This document shows positions 1-8,531 of a stretch of DNA of 64,000 bases, one piece after another; position 1 is the stretch's first letter, and each line of letters starts with the position of its first letter. The notes under the pieces are model-generated. The model worked only from the letters and a program-made list of their open reading frames with translations. It did not search any database and was not told the origin of the DNA. This DNA comes from Verrucomicrobiota bacterium (GTDB lineage Bacteria; Verrucomicrobiota; Verrucomicrobiia; Opitutales; Cerasicoccaceae), in the NCBI GenBank assembly GCA_039818205.1, contig JBCBUK010000002.1:1-64000 (forward strand). Reading direction: 5' to 3'. The position numbers and the translations under genes were made by a program.

Positions 1-59
1 AACGATGAGGATGAGCGCGGGGGCCGCATGGCTCCGTTGCTCACTCCGGCTGGTTCGGT
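1..59 (-). mobile_element. Integron attC recombination site (truncated at window edge)
   Basis: Minus strand reads ACCGAAC-CAGCC-GGAGTGAGC-AACGGAGCCATGCGGCCCCCGC-GCTCATCC-TCATC-GTT. This gives an R'' box, a 5-bp spacer, L''/L' boxes that pair with one extrahelical base, a central hairpin, a 5-bp spacer and the GTT of R'. It starts immediately after the stop codon of the 60..326 ORF. Confidence 0.85.
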
Positions 60-326
60 CTAGATTTGTTTGTATATGTATTGGAGTAGGACGAATCCGG
101 ACACCAGACCTACTGCTATCCCTAATGGCACTGAATAGATTCTTCTTTTTCGCTTAAATGCGATTCCACCCAAAAAGGAAATTGATGCTGTCGTGAGGTA
201 AAAAAGAAATAGACCGAATGCTGTTTCTGGGAAATATTCTGTTCCGGTCACGCAAAGCGTCCAAATCAACTGTAGCAAAAGACAGGTAAATCCGGCAGCG
301 ATTCCGTTTCCTATCCTTTGTTTCAT
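60..326 (-). CDS. Integron cassette ORF, small membrane protein (about 88 aa, three hydrophobic segments)
   Basis: ORF track 60..341; the ATG at 326 (MKQRIGNG) is preferred over a GTG inside the core site. It is flanked by GTTCGGT (340-346) and the complementary ACCGAAC (53-59). Confidence 0.7.
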   Translation of the reverse strand: MKQRIGNGIAAGFTCLLLQLIWTLCVTGTEYFPETAFGLFLFYLTTASISFLGGIAFKRKRRIYSVPLGIAVGLVSGFVLLQYIYKQI

Positions 327-339
327 TTTTATTTCTTTC

Positions 340-362
340 ACCGAACAGGTTAGTATAGGCGC
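340..362 (-). mobile_element. attI-like primary integration site
   Basis: Minus strand GCGCCTATACTAACCT-G^TTCGGT: a core site exactly complementary to the cassette R'' box, preceded by a degenerate inverted L box, with no attC hairpin. Confidence 0.55.
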
Positions 363-416
363 ACGATGCGATTGTTACGGGTTTTGTGACTGGTTCGTGT
401 TGGGCGCATGGAACTG

Positions 417-446
417 ACCATAAATATTCCCTAACCGACTCGGCAA
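417..446 (-). promoter_or_regulatory. Possible Pc-like sigma70 promoter pointing into the cassette array
   Basis: Minus strand TTGCCG-N18-TATGGT, about 70 bp upstream of the attI-like site. Confidence 0.3.
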
Positions 447-624
447 CACTATTTTGTGATTGCCTGTTACAATATAAACTCATTTTTGGTTTTCGGACCA
501 TCAACCCTCCCAAAATGGCCAAGAAACCTCGCAATACACAGGGATTGCGGGCGATTGGGGTGGCGCGTATATCAAAACCAGCAAACACAACACCAGAGAT
601 CCAGTCTCAACTTACTAACAAGCC

Positions 625-1041
625 TCACACCACCACCGACGGCTCTCCGTAGAAAGGCACGTGGGCAACCTCCCCAGCGCTGTTATACTGCTTAGCGACG
701 TCAAAGACCTGAACCTCCGGCGGATTCATGTAGACGCCGCGTTCCTCAAGCTGGCGGGCTCGCCATTCGCAGGCCAATCGACAGGCTTCGACATCGCCAT
801 GTTTAATGACCGAGAAGCATTTCGACTCACCCGGGCCGGTTCCTCTACCGACGCAGGCTTGCCAATAGTGATAGCTTTGTTTCTGCATCCGCCGAACGCC
901 TAGAACTTTGCCGTCCTCGTTGAACCATTTCCCGCGAACGGGTCGACCACCGGAACGCTTTAGGACCCTCAGCCGGTCTTTCGATGGGTGCCTAAGCTCG
1001 GACTTTATGCGCCTATGATGGATTTCGAAGTCCGTGAACAC
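625..1041 (-). CDS. Stand-alone AP2-domain DNA-binding protein
   Basis: GVRR..YWQACV..KCFSVIKHGDVEACRLACEWR matches the AP2 pattern GV..W.A..K.FSv.k.G..eA..lA...R. No HNH motif. GTG start directly abuts the upstream TGA. Confidence 0.6.
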   Translation of the reverse strand: MFTDFEIHHRRIKSELRHPSKDRLRVLKRSGGRPVRGKWFNEDGKVLGVRRMQKQSYHYWQACVGRGTGPGESKCFSVIKHGDVEACRLACEWRARQLEERGVYMNPPEVQVFDVAKQYNSAGEVAHVPFYGEPSVVV

Positions 1042-2130
1042 TCAATCAGTTGATTCGAACGAAAGGTGTGGGCCTTCTTCATCCCATCTGAAGCCAAATA
1101 TCCTTTTGATGTCATCAGCTTCTGCATCGCCCAATATTCTTCTGATTATCTCTAAATCCTTCTCTTGTTCTGTTTCCGAATCTCCGAATCCATGCCAATT
1201 CTCGTTCCACGCATCTTTCTGGTATCGCTTGTAGTCTTCTATTAACATCCAGTCTCGAACTAGTCCATACATGGTAGTCCTTGCATCTAGTTCCTTAAAT
1301 GCTGTCGAATAATCATTATGAATGATGTCTTGCAGTTCGCTTAGCTTTGTGACTCCGAACCTTTGTAGTTCTCCAACTAGTTCTTCTAGGCTTGGTTTGG
1401 CAAAAGCTTCCCCAATTACTATTTCATTGTTTTTCGCCCAATTTTTGAGAAACGCTTCGAGGCTAATGCTATCGATAGCTATGTTCAGGTGACCTTCCTT
1501 AGCAGAATGTTCTACTTGCTTTGAGTACTCATCAATCTGCTCTACAAGGTTATCAAAACCTTTGTCCGCAAGCTCTAGCATTCCGGAATAAAGAAATAGT
1601 TCTCTCTCCAAATTCTTTGGAAGTTTGCCTCGGAATTTGTAATTTCGGTCGTGAGCTAATTCTGCCCATGCATGTTGCAAAACCGTTCTGACTTGAATTT
1701 CAAATTTTAGATCTGCGATCTCTGAATACTCAGCCAACTCTTTCCTTTTTGTCCCAAGGCTACAAACATAGTGGACGGAACGATACCCAAACTCGTTGAC
1801 GGAGAGCATTTGCTCCTTGTTGAGACTATTCGACTCGTCGATCGTTAGCCAATCTTCAAGGCGAGAACAAACTGCTGCTACCTGTGACTCAAAATAGGTT
1901 ACGACTCTAATTCCTGAGATATCAGTCATTTGCGCCGAAATATCCGCATAGTTCTTTCGACGGACCTTCTCTTCAATTGACTCTGATTTTTTGGTCCGCC
2001 CTTCAACTGTCAAAAAGTCGATTTCGCTGTTTTTCAGCAAGTTTTCTATTATGTTACGGACTGTTGAGGTGAGTCGTTTATATCTTGGAAGCTCATTCGA
2101 GATCCAATTTTGGGTCGATTCCTTAGTCAT
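1042..2130 (-). CDS. RelA/SpoT-domain small alarmone synthetase with C-terminal extension
   Basis: All synthetase motifs present: GRTKKSESIEEK, DISGIRV, GYRSVHY, EIQVRT, QHAWAELAH. No HD hydrolase or TGS/ACT domains. Confidence 0.88.
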   Translation of the reverse strand: MTKESTQNWISNELPRYKRLTSTVRNIIENLLKNSEIDFLTVEGRTKKSESIEEKVRRKNYADISAQMTDISGIRVVTYFESQVAAVCSRLEDWLTIDESNSLNKEQMLSVNEFGYRSVHYVCSLGTKRKELAEYSEIADLKFEIQVRTVLQHAWAELAHDRNYKFRGKLPKNLERELFLYSGMLELADKGFDNLVEQIDEYSKQVEHSAKEGHLNIAIDSISLEAFLKNWAKNNEIVIGEAFAKPSLEELVGELQRFGVTKLSELQDIIHNDYSTAFKELDARTTMYGLVRDWMLIEDYKRYQKDAWNENWHGFGDSETEQEKDLEIIRRILGDAEADDIKRIFGFRWDEEGPHLSFESTD

Positions 2131-2292
2131 TCTCGCGGTGTGCTGAATGTGATTTCAATTTATCAATAAATGGTGATAATTATGGAAGGCTTTCGCCAAG
2201 AATCAAGCATCCTAATTTAGTTCATAGAGGTTCTCTTGTTGCCAACATTTCGTTTTGTCTCATCAGGTGGACATTGGTTGGTTGGGAGTTTG

Positions 2293-2310
2293 TCTTAACT
2301 GATCTTAACT
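2293..2310 (+). repeat. Tandem direct repeat TCTTAACT x2 (10-bp period), possible integrase arm site
   Basis: tcttaact at 2293-2300 and 2303-2310, about 40 bp inside the putative attR. Confidence 0.35.
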
Positions 2311-2348
2311 AAATCCGCGGAATCCCTGATGAATACTGGACTAGAAAT

Positions 2349-2368
2349 GAATCCCGCCCTCTCCGCCA
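2349..2368 (+). mobile_element. Duplicated tRNA-Ser 3' end; putative attR boundary of a genomic island
   Basis: GAATCCCGCCCTCTCCGCCA is a T-loop remainder, T-stem, acceptor stem, discriminator G and CCA typical of tRNA-Ser. The preceding sequence cannot form the tRNA 5' half. Confidence 0.75.
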
Positions 2369-2786
2369 ATCTGTAAAATATTGCCTGACAGCTACTTGGG
2401 CGTTCTGGGCTTCGTCCGGATAAGGACATGAAAGGCAGATTGGTGCGTCTAAGCGAGTGGAAAACTGCAAATTTGCCATTCTTGATTGGCAAATCCATAT
2501 ATCTCGTTTTTCGCAAACTCCGGTAGTTTGGGTTGCTCGCTTGTCGGATTGGATGTAAAGTTGCTTTAGGAATACAACACTGGCCGCCGGAGCATTGGTC
2601 TACTTGATGACTTGTGTCGTCATGATATTATTCAGCTAAATTTACTTGGCTACGTATTTATTCGTCGTAGACCGAATGCTATTATTCATATGTCCGGCCC
2701 GACCAAAATTGTAGAGAAACTCGGTGAGGTTTTGTCGTTTGGCGGTGGTATAGAAGTGAACTTTCATTTAATCTTCTACCAGCAAC

Positions 2787-5249
2787 ATGAACTCAATATC
2801 CGACGAACAACTCCTCAGAGCGATTGCTGACTCTGCCTGCCCAGACAGTCTACAGATACTGCTTGAGCGATATCGAACTCTAGTTGAGCGGATTTCGCGG
2901 ACAGTTTTGTGTGAGCATCAGGATATCGAAGATGTTCGGCAAGAGGTGTTTATCCAGCTACAACGCAAGGCATCCTCAATATTAGTGGATGACTCGCTCG
3001 CTCCATGGCTCTATCGGGTTACTCGTCAAACTGCTTTGAATTATCTTAGGGCTCGGCAACGGCGGGAAAGTCGTTGGGCCCGTTATGGAGAAACCGAAGT
3101 TCTCATTGGAAAAGGGGCAAACATTCCGGATAAAGAGTTATTATGTCGCGAGCTGGCCGAGCTCTTAGATGGGTGCCTGGAGGAACTCGAAGACGAAAAT
3201 CGCGATTTAATAGTGAGGCACTACTGGAATGGACAAAGTGTAACCGAGATTGCTGAGCAGTTTGAGATCCGGCCTGACTCCGTTTCGATGCGATTGATTC
3301 GAGCGAGAAAGCAATTGAAGAAGCTTGTTGTGACGGCAGGCATCGGGTCGAGCGCTTTGACAAGTTACGCAGAGATGCTCTCAGACGATTCGAGTATGTT
3401 TGGCGCCGATTTGTCTAGCTTGCTAGAGGAAAGCATTTCTCCGGTAGCATCTTCCGCCAGCGGTATTGGCTCAACTGGAGTTAGCTGGGTCTCAATGGCA
3501 ATTGCCAGGCCCGTTGTTTTGTTGTTGGCGTCGGTTGGTGCTGCCACGATTGCGGCATTGCTCGTAAGTAATAGTAGAGCGGTTGAGAGCTCGGGTGATG
3601 TTGCAAGGAGCCCGTCGACTGCAGTTTCTCTGGAAGAACCGATGGTCGCCCGGCAGGGTGCCCATCCAATCGATGTGCTCGCCAAACAGATGAAAGAGGA
3701 GCCTTACGGGCTGTCCCACCGGCGTGAATCATTTGTTCCGGTTTTGAGGAAGATCGACGCATTTATCGAAGACTACGGTGTCGACCTCCTGTATACGAGT
3801 GACGGGCAGCACCTGTTGCACGTCGCATCAAGTGTTCATGCGGATGAAATTGTCGCATTCTTGTTACTCCGTGGAGTGGATCCGGACGTCGAAGACAACC
3901 TTGGTCAGACAGCTTTATTTTATGTTGCCGGGAAGGGATTTACGAGGGCAAAAATTATTCGGGACCTACTTTGCTTTGCCGAAGCGGATGTCGACCACCG
4001 CAGCACGGAAAGCAAGACGCCGATCATGGTTGCTGCCGAGAACGGCCTCTCTGAGAACATCGAGTTTTTGGGTTGGTTGGGGGCATCGCTTTATCCGCGT
4101 GATGTACCCATTGAGCTAATGCCATCGGTGCTAGCGTTGAACAATGGTCACGAGGATCTGTATGAGCTTCTTCTGAAGTATGAGAATACTCCGCCACCAA
4201 CTTTGAATGATGAGCCCACCGAGATTCCAGATTTCATTCAAAATAGTTTTATTGAAGCAGCGAGAGTCGCAGATTTTTATCAGTTGGACGAGTTGCTTGC
4301 AGATGGTGCTGATATCGACGGGCGTGATGAGTCCGGAACAACCGCCCTATTGCGGGCCATTAGGGCACTGCAGCCGGAGGTGGTTTCCTACCTGCTGTTT
4401 ATGGGGGCGGATCCAAACATCGGATATCTTAATGGAAGTCCACCCTTGAGCAACTGCATGGGTTGGCATGGGAAAAATCCTGATTGGATGCGGGCGATGC
4501 TGCTTCTTGCTGGAGCTGATGTTGACCATATCCGAAACGACGGCCACACGGCGCTAACCCGGGCGATCCGGAGAGAGAATACGCATGGTGTTCAATGGTG
4601 TATCCTTTACGGAGCTGATCCCGATGAGGAGACTGAAATGGGGACTGCGATGCACTATGCGAGTAAGCGAAGTGCTCAGCGTATTGTTGATATTCTGTCT
4701 TGGAATGGCGTGACCGAGGAGCCTTATTCCAGTGATGACCCCAATTGGCTTTTGTTTGATGCCGTGAAGCGTGGCGATCAGGATTCGATCCATCGCATCT
4801 TGGAGGACCAAGAAGCCTCAATTGATCAACTTAACGATCAGGGTTGGTCGCCGTTGATTGCCGCTATTCATTCGCATCGATACGATACTGCCCGAAAGCT
4901 GTTGGAACTAGGTTCCGGTATTAATTATCAGTCCAGTACCGGAGCGACACCACTGTATGCTACCTGTGGTTGGAATAGCCGGTCGGTGAATCAGTTTCGA
5001 CAGGAGTTGATTGATGCAGGAGCGGATATCGAATTGCCAAACCACCGCGGTGAAACACCCTTAATGAGGGCTTGTAAGCATGGTCGTTTTTATGAGGGGG
5101 GATCAGTCGATCAAATCATAAAAGCTGGGGCCAATCTGTACGCAAAAGATGATCAGGGCCGCACCGCGCTAGACTGGGCAAAAGAGAGTGGGCGAACCGG
5201 AGCCTATAATCATCTGCTTGAGATCATGGAGTCTGGCGAAGATCGGTAG
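2787..5249 (+). CDS. ECF sigma-70 factor fused through a transmembrane segment to a long ankyrin-repeat domain
   Basis: Sigma2 (DIEDVRQEVFIQL..PWLYRVTRQTALNYLR), sigma4 (SVTEIAEQFEIRPDSVSMRLIRARKQL), hydrophobic VVLLLASVGAATIAALLV, then many ankyrin motifs (GQTALFYVA, KTPIMVAA, GTTALLRA, GWSPLIAA, GETPLMRA, GRTALDWA). Confidence 0.88.
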   Translation: MNSISDEQLLRAIADSACPDSLQILLERYRTLVERISRTVLCEHQDIEDVRQEVFIQLQRKASSILVDDSLAPWLYRVTRQTALNYLRARQRRESRWARYGETEVLIGKGANIPDKELLCRELAELLDGCLEELEDENRDLIVRHYWNGQSVTEIAEQFEIRPDSVSMRLIRARKQLKKLVVTAGIGSSALTSYAEMLSDDSSMFGADLSSLLEESISPVASSASGIGSTGVSWVSMAIARPVVLLLASVGAATIAALLVSNSRAVESSGDVARSPSTAVSLEEPMVARQGAHPIDVLAKQMKEEPYGLSHRRESFVPVLRKIDAFIEDYGVDLLYTSDGQHLLHVASSVHADEIVAFLLLRGVDPDVEDNLGQTALFYVAGKGFTRAKIIRDLLCFAEADVDHRSTESKTPIMVAAENGLSENIEFLGWLGASLYPRDVPIELMPSVLALNNGHEDLYELLLKYENTPPPTLNDEPTEIPDFIQNSFIEAARVADFYQLDELLADGADIDGRDESGTTALLRAIRALQPEVVSYLLFMGADPNIGYLNGSPPLSNCMGWHGKNPDWMRAMLLLAGADVDHIRNDGHTALTRAIRRENTHGVQWCILYGADPDEETEMGTAMHYASKRSAQRIVDILSWNGVTEEPYSSDDPNWLLFDAVKRGDQDSIHRILEDQEASIDQLNDQGWSPLIAAIHSHRYDTARKLLELGSGINYQSSTGATPLYATCGWNSRSVNQFRQELIDAGADIELPNHRGETPLMRACKHGRFYEGGSVDQIIKAGANLYAKDDQGRTALDWAKESGRTGAYNHLLEIMESGEDR

Positions 5250-5378
5250 ATCGATCTTCACTAAGTCCCTGGAGCGTAGTTTTGATTTTAATCCGAGAAG
5301 ACGTTTCGGCTCCCATCTGTCGCTCATTCATTTCGAAACTGGATTGCGTCAAAGAAGCCGATTGGCTGGTGTCCAGCA

Positions 5379-8300
5379 CTATCCGGTGGTCTTCATCAAG
5401 CCTGAGAACTTCCTGATTATGACATAGAATATCGGAGTTAGGAATATACCGAAAATCGTGACCCCCAGCATGCCGCCGAATACGGCGGTGCCCAGTGCTT
5501 GTCGCATCTCAGCACCTGCTCCGCTCGCTATAACGAGTGGAACCACGCCCAAGACGAAAGAAAATGATGTCATCAGAATGGGGCGAAGCCGAAGCTTTGA
5601 TGCCTCGACGGCTGCTTCAAATCGATCCATACCATCATCTTCTTTCTGCTTGGCAAACTCGACAATCAGAATGGCGTTCTTTGCCGCCAAGCCTATTAAG
5701 ACAACAAAGCCGATCTGGGTGAGAATGTTGTTATCGAACCCCCGCATCAGAATGAAGGCGATGGCACCAGTAAGGCTTAGCGGGACAATCAACATGATAG
5801 CCAGTGGCAATGACCAGTTCTCGTATTGAGCTACGAGCACGAGGAAAACGAACAGAATGGCAAGCGGAAACACCCAGCTTCCGCCCCCGGCGTTCTGTTG
5901 CTGGTAGGCAAGCTCGGTCCAGGCATAATCCATGCCTGCTGGTAGTATTTCGTCAGCCAGATGTTCCATCGCTGCTATAGATTCTCCGGTTGAGAACCCC
6001 GGCGTGGTGGATCCCTGGACAGCAGCAGAACTGTATAGATTGTATCGAACGTAGCGATCCGGGCCCACGCTGTGTTCGAGTTCCACGAGTGAAGCCAGTG
6101 GAACGATATCGCCATCGTTGCTTCGGGTTTTTAGACGGTAGACATCTTCGGGGTCATCCCGGTATGGAATGTCGGCTTGGGCAGTAACTCGATAGGTGCG
6201 GCCAAGTAGGTTTAGGTCGTTGACAAACAGAGAGCCGAGATAGATCTGCATGGTGCTGAATACACGATCCAGCGGCACATCAAGCATCTTTGCTTTTGTT
6301 CGATTCACCTCCGCGTGAAACTGTGGAACTGACGAGCGATAGATGGTAAAAGTCTGGGTGATTGATGGTTCTTGATTCGCGGCCATGGCAATCTGCCAGG
6401 CCGTCTGTTCTAGAACCTGCGGACCGTGCCCAACCTTATCTAATATCTGCATCTTGAACCCGCCACCGTTGCCGATTCCTCGTACTGATGGTGGCGGAAT
6501 TACGAAAACCATTGCTTCCTGGATTCCAAATAGTTCTTGGCGAATTTCTGCCATGATTGTATTGGAATCCCGTCCGTTGTCTATTCGCGTGTCGAATGGC
6601 TCATAGGGGGTGAAGATGGCAGCAGAGTTTGGGCTGTTGGTAAAGGTTGCTCCGTTGAATCCTGCAAAGGCGACGGCTCCCTCAATGCCATCAATGTCTT
6701 TTACGATATCGACAATCTTGCGAACGAGCTCATCGGTTCTCTCGAGTGAGGCTCCGTCCGGAAGCTGTGCTACAATGATTGCATACCCTTGGTCTTGTTC
6801 GGGAATGAACCCGACTGGTGTTTTTGAGATGCCAAACCAAGTTGCAGCCAACAGGCCGAGGTATACGATAGTGGCGGCAAATCCTAAGCGGACTACTTTG
6901 CGGACGATCCCCGTGTATCCTCGCGAAACACGATCAAAGACCCAGTTGAAGCCGCTGAAGAACCATCCGAATAGGAACATGTAGATCTTTGTAAACCAGT
7001 CGGCTCTCGTGTTCGATTTTCGAAGTAGGATGGCTCCAAGTGCTGGGCTAAGGCTCAAGGATACAAAAGTTGAGATGATGACAGAACCAGCGATCGTTAG
7101 CGCAAACTGAGAGTAGAATTGACCGGAGATTCCCGGAATAAAGCTCGTCGGAATGAAGATAGCGATCATCACCAGTGAAGTCGCGATGATGGCTCCGGTA
7201 ACTTCCTTCATCGCTAGGAATGCGGCTTCTTTGGGTGATTTTCCTTCGTCAATGTTTCGTTGGATGTTCTCAACAACGACAATCGCATCGTCCACCACGA
7301 TCCCTATGGCGAGAACGAGCCCGAACAGTGTCAGGTTGTTGATGGAGAATCCCAACATCGCCATAACCGCGAATGTTCCAATGAGGGAGATTGGGATTGC
7401 CAGAAGGGGAATGATCGCCGCACGCCATGACTGAAGGAAAAGGATAATGACCAGAACGACACAGAGAATAGCTTGGAATAGCGTGTTTCGGACCGCATCG
7501 ATTGACTGCTGAATGAACTGTGTCGGATCGTAGATAATGCGATACTCCAAGTCCTCGGGGAAATCCTTGGAAAGGTCTTCCATGATGGCGCGAATCGTTG
7601 CGGATGTCTCCAGTGCGTTGGACCCTGGGCGTTGGAAGATCGGCATCGCCAGAGACCGAATGTCGGTTGCATAGTTGATCACTCCATAGTCTTGGGCACC
7701 CAGTTCAACCCGTGCGACATCCTTTAGGCGAACAACCTGTCCGTTGCCCCCAGTCTTCACCACAACATCCTCAAACTGGGACACATCACTTAGTCGCCCC
7801 AATGCGCTCACGCTGTATTGAAACGCATTTCCCGTGGACGTTGGATTCTGACCGAAAACCCCTGCTGCGACCTGGACATTTTGTTCACGGAGTGCGGCTA
7901 CGACGTCGTCGGGAATCATCGATAACGAGGACAGCTTCTCCGGGTTCAACCAGATGCGCATCGAATATTCCCGAGCTCCAAAAAGACGAACATCACCAAC
8001 GCCCTCAACCCGCCGAAGCTCTTCCCTGACCCGTGTCAACGCGTAGTTGCTGACGTATAGATTATCGTAAGTCCCTTTGGGCGACATCATCTGGACGACC
8101 AACAAAAGGTCCGGAGAACTTTTGGCGACCGTTACACCGATCCGTTGAACTTCCTCAGGTAACCTTGGCTCCGCAATCGCCACTCGATTCTGAACGAGGA
8201 CTTGTGCGTTGTCTAGGTCAGTGCCCAGCTTGAAAGTAATCGTAATTGCGAGGGCACCATCGGTGGTTGCCTGAGAGGACATGTAGAGCATGCCTTCAAC

Positions 8301-8519
8301 TCCGTTGATTTCTTGCTCAAGCGGAGACGCAACTGTTTGGGCAATCGTTTCAGGAGTTGCTCCCGGATAGCTCGCCCGGACCACGACAGTTGGCGGAGCG
8401 ACTTCCGGAAACTGCGCGACCGGTAGGCTCGGGTAAGCAAGAATTCCCAATATCGTAATGATTATCGAAACGACGATCGCGAATCGCGGGCGGTTGATGA
8501 AGAACGCAGAAATGTTCAT
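5379..8519 (-). CDS. RND multidrug efflux permease (HAE1, MexF/BepE-like)
   Basis: 1046 aa; FFINRPRFA, GIVVDDAIVVVEN, AAKNAILIVEFA, RLRPILMTS. Confidence 0.95.
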   Translation of the reverse strand: MNISAFFINRPRFAIVVSIIITILGILAYPSLPVAQFPEVAPPTVVVRASYPGATPETIAQTVASPLEQEINGVEGMLYMSSQATTDGALAITITFKLGTDLDNAQVLVQNRVAIAEPRLPEEVQRIGVTVAKSSPDLLLVVQMMSPKGTYDNLYVSNYALTRVREELRRVEGVGDVRLFGAREYSMRIWLNPEKLSSLSMIPDDVVAALREQNVQVAAGVFGQNPTSTGNAFQYSVSALGRLSDVSQFEDVVVKTGGNGQVVRLKDVARVELGAQDYGVINYATDIRSLAMPIFQRPGSNALETSATIRAIMEDLSKDFPEDLEYRIIYDPTQFIQQSIDAVRNTLFQAILCVVLVIILFLQSWRAAIIPLLAIPISLIGTFAVMAMLGFSINNLTLFGLVLAIGIVVDDAIVVVENIQRNIDEGKSPKEAAFLAMKEVTGAIIATSLVMIAIFIPTSFIPGISGQFYSQFALTIAGSVIISTFVSLSLSPALGAILLRKSNTRADWFTKIYMFLFGWFFSGFNWVFDRVSRGYTGIVRKVVRLGFAATIVYLGLLAATWFGISKTPVGFIPEQDQGYAIIVAQLPDGASLERTDELVRKIVDIVKDIDGIEGAVAFAGFNGATFTNSPNSAAIFTPYEPFDTRIDNGRDSNTIMAEIRQELFGIQEAMVFVIPPPSVRGIGNGGGFKMQILDKVGHGPQVLEQTAWQIAMAANQEPSITQTFTIYRSSVPQFHAEVNRTKAKMLDVPLDRVFSTMQIYLGSLFVNDLNLLGRTYRVTAQADIPYRDDPEDVYRLKTRSNDGDIVPLASLVELEHSVGPDRYVRYNLYSSAAVQGSTTPGFSTGESIAAMEHLADEILPAGMDYAWTELAYQQQNAGGGSWVFPLAILFVFLVLVAQYENWSLPLAIMLIVPLSLTGAIAFILMRGFDNNILTQIGFVVLIGLAAKNAILIVEFAKQKEDDGMDRFEAAVEASKLRLRPILMTSFSFVLGVVPLVIASGAGAEMRQALGTAVFGGMLGVTIFGIFLTPIFYVIIRKFSGLMKTTG

Positions 8520-8531
8520 GGCGACGACGGT

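Noticed and set aside
340..399. Possible second attC (minus strand begins CACGAAC-CAGTC and ends GTTCGGT)
   Set aside because: The inner L boxes do not pair and there is no central hairpin, so it was treated as attI-like. An eroded attC cannot be fully excluded.
347..624. LexA box near the attI-like site
   Set aside because: No TGTTC-N4-GAACA or CTGT-N8-ACAG match was found by eye.
386..695. Plus-strand ORFs where an integron integrase would be expected
   Set aside because: Short, with no tyrosine-recombinase R-H-R-Y motifs.
2349..2368. Intact tRNA-Ser
   Set aside because: No D arm, anticodon arm or 5' acceptor strand upstream; only the 3' 20 nt are present.
2295..2516. 73-aa ORF containing LAERAGF
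   Set aside because: This is the reverse-strand translation of the tRNA-Ser fragment, not a gene.
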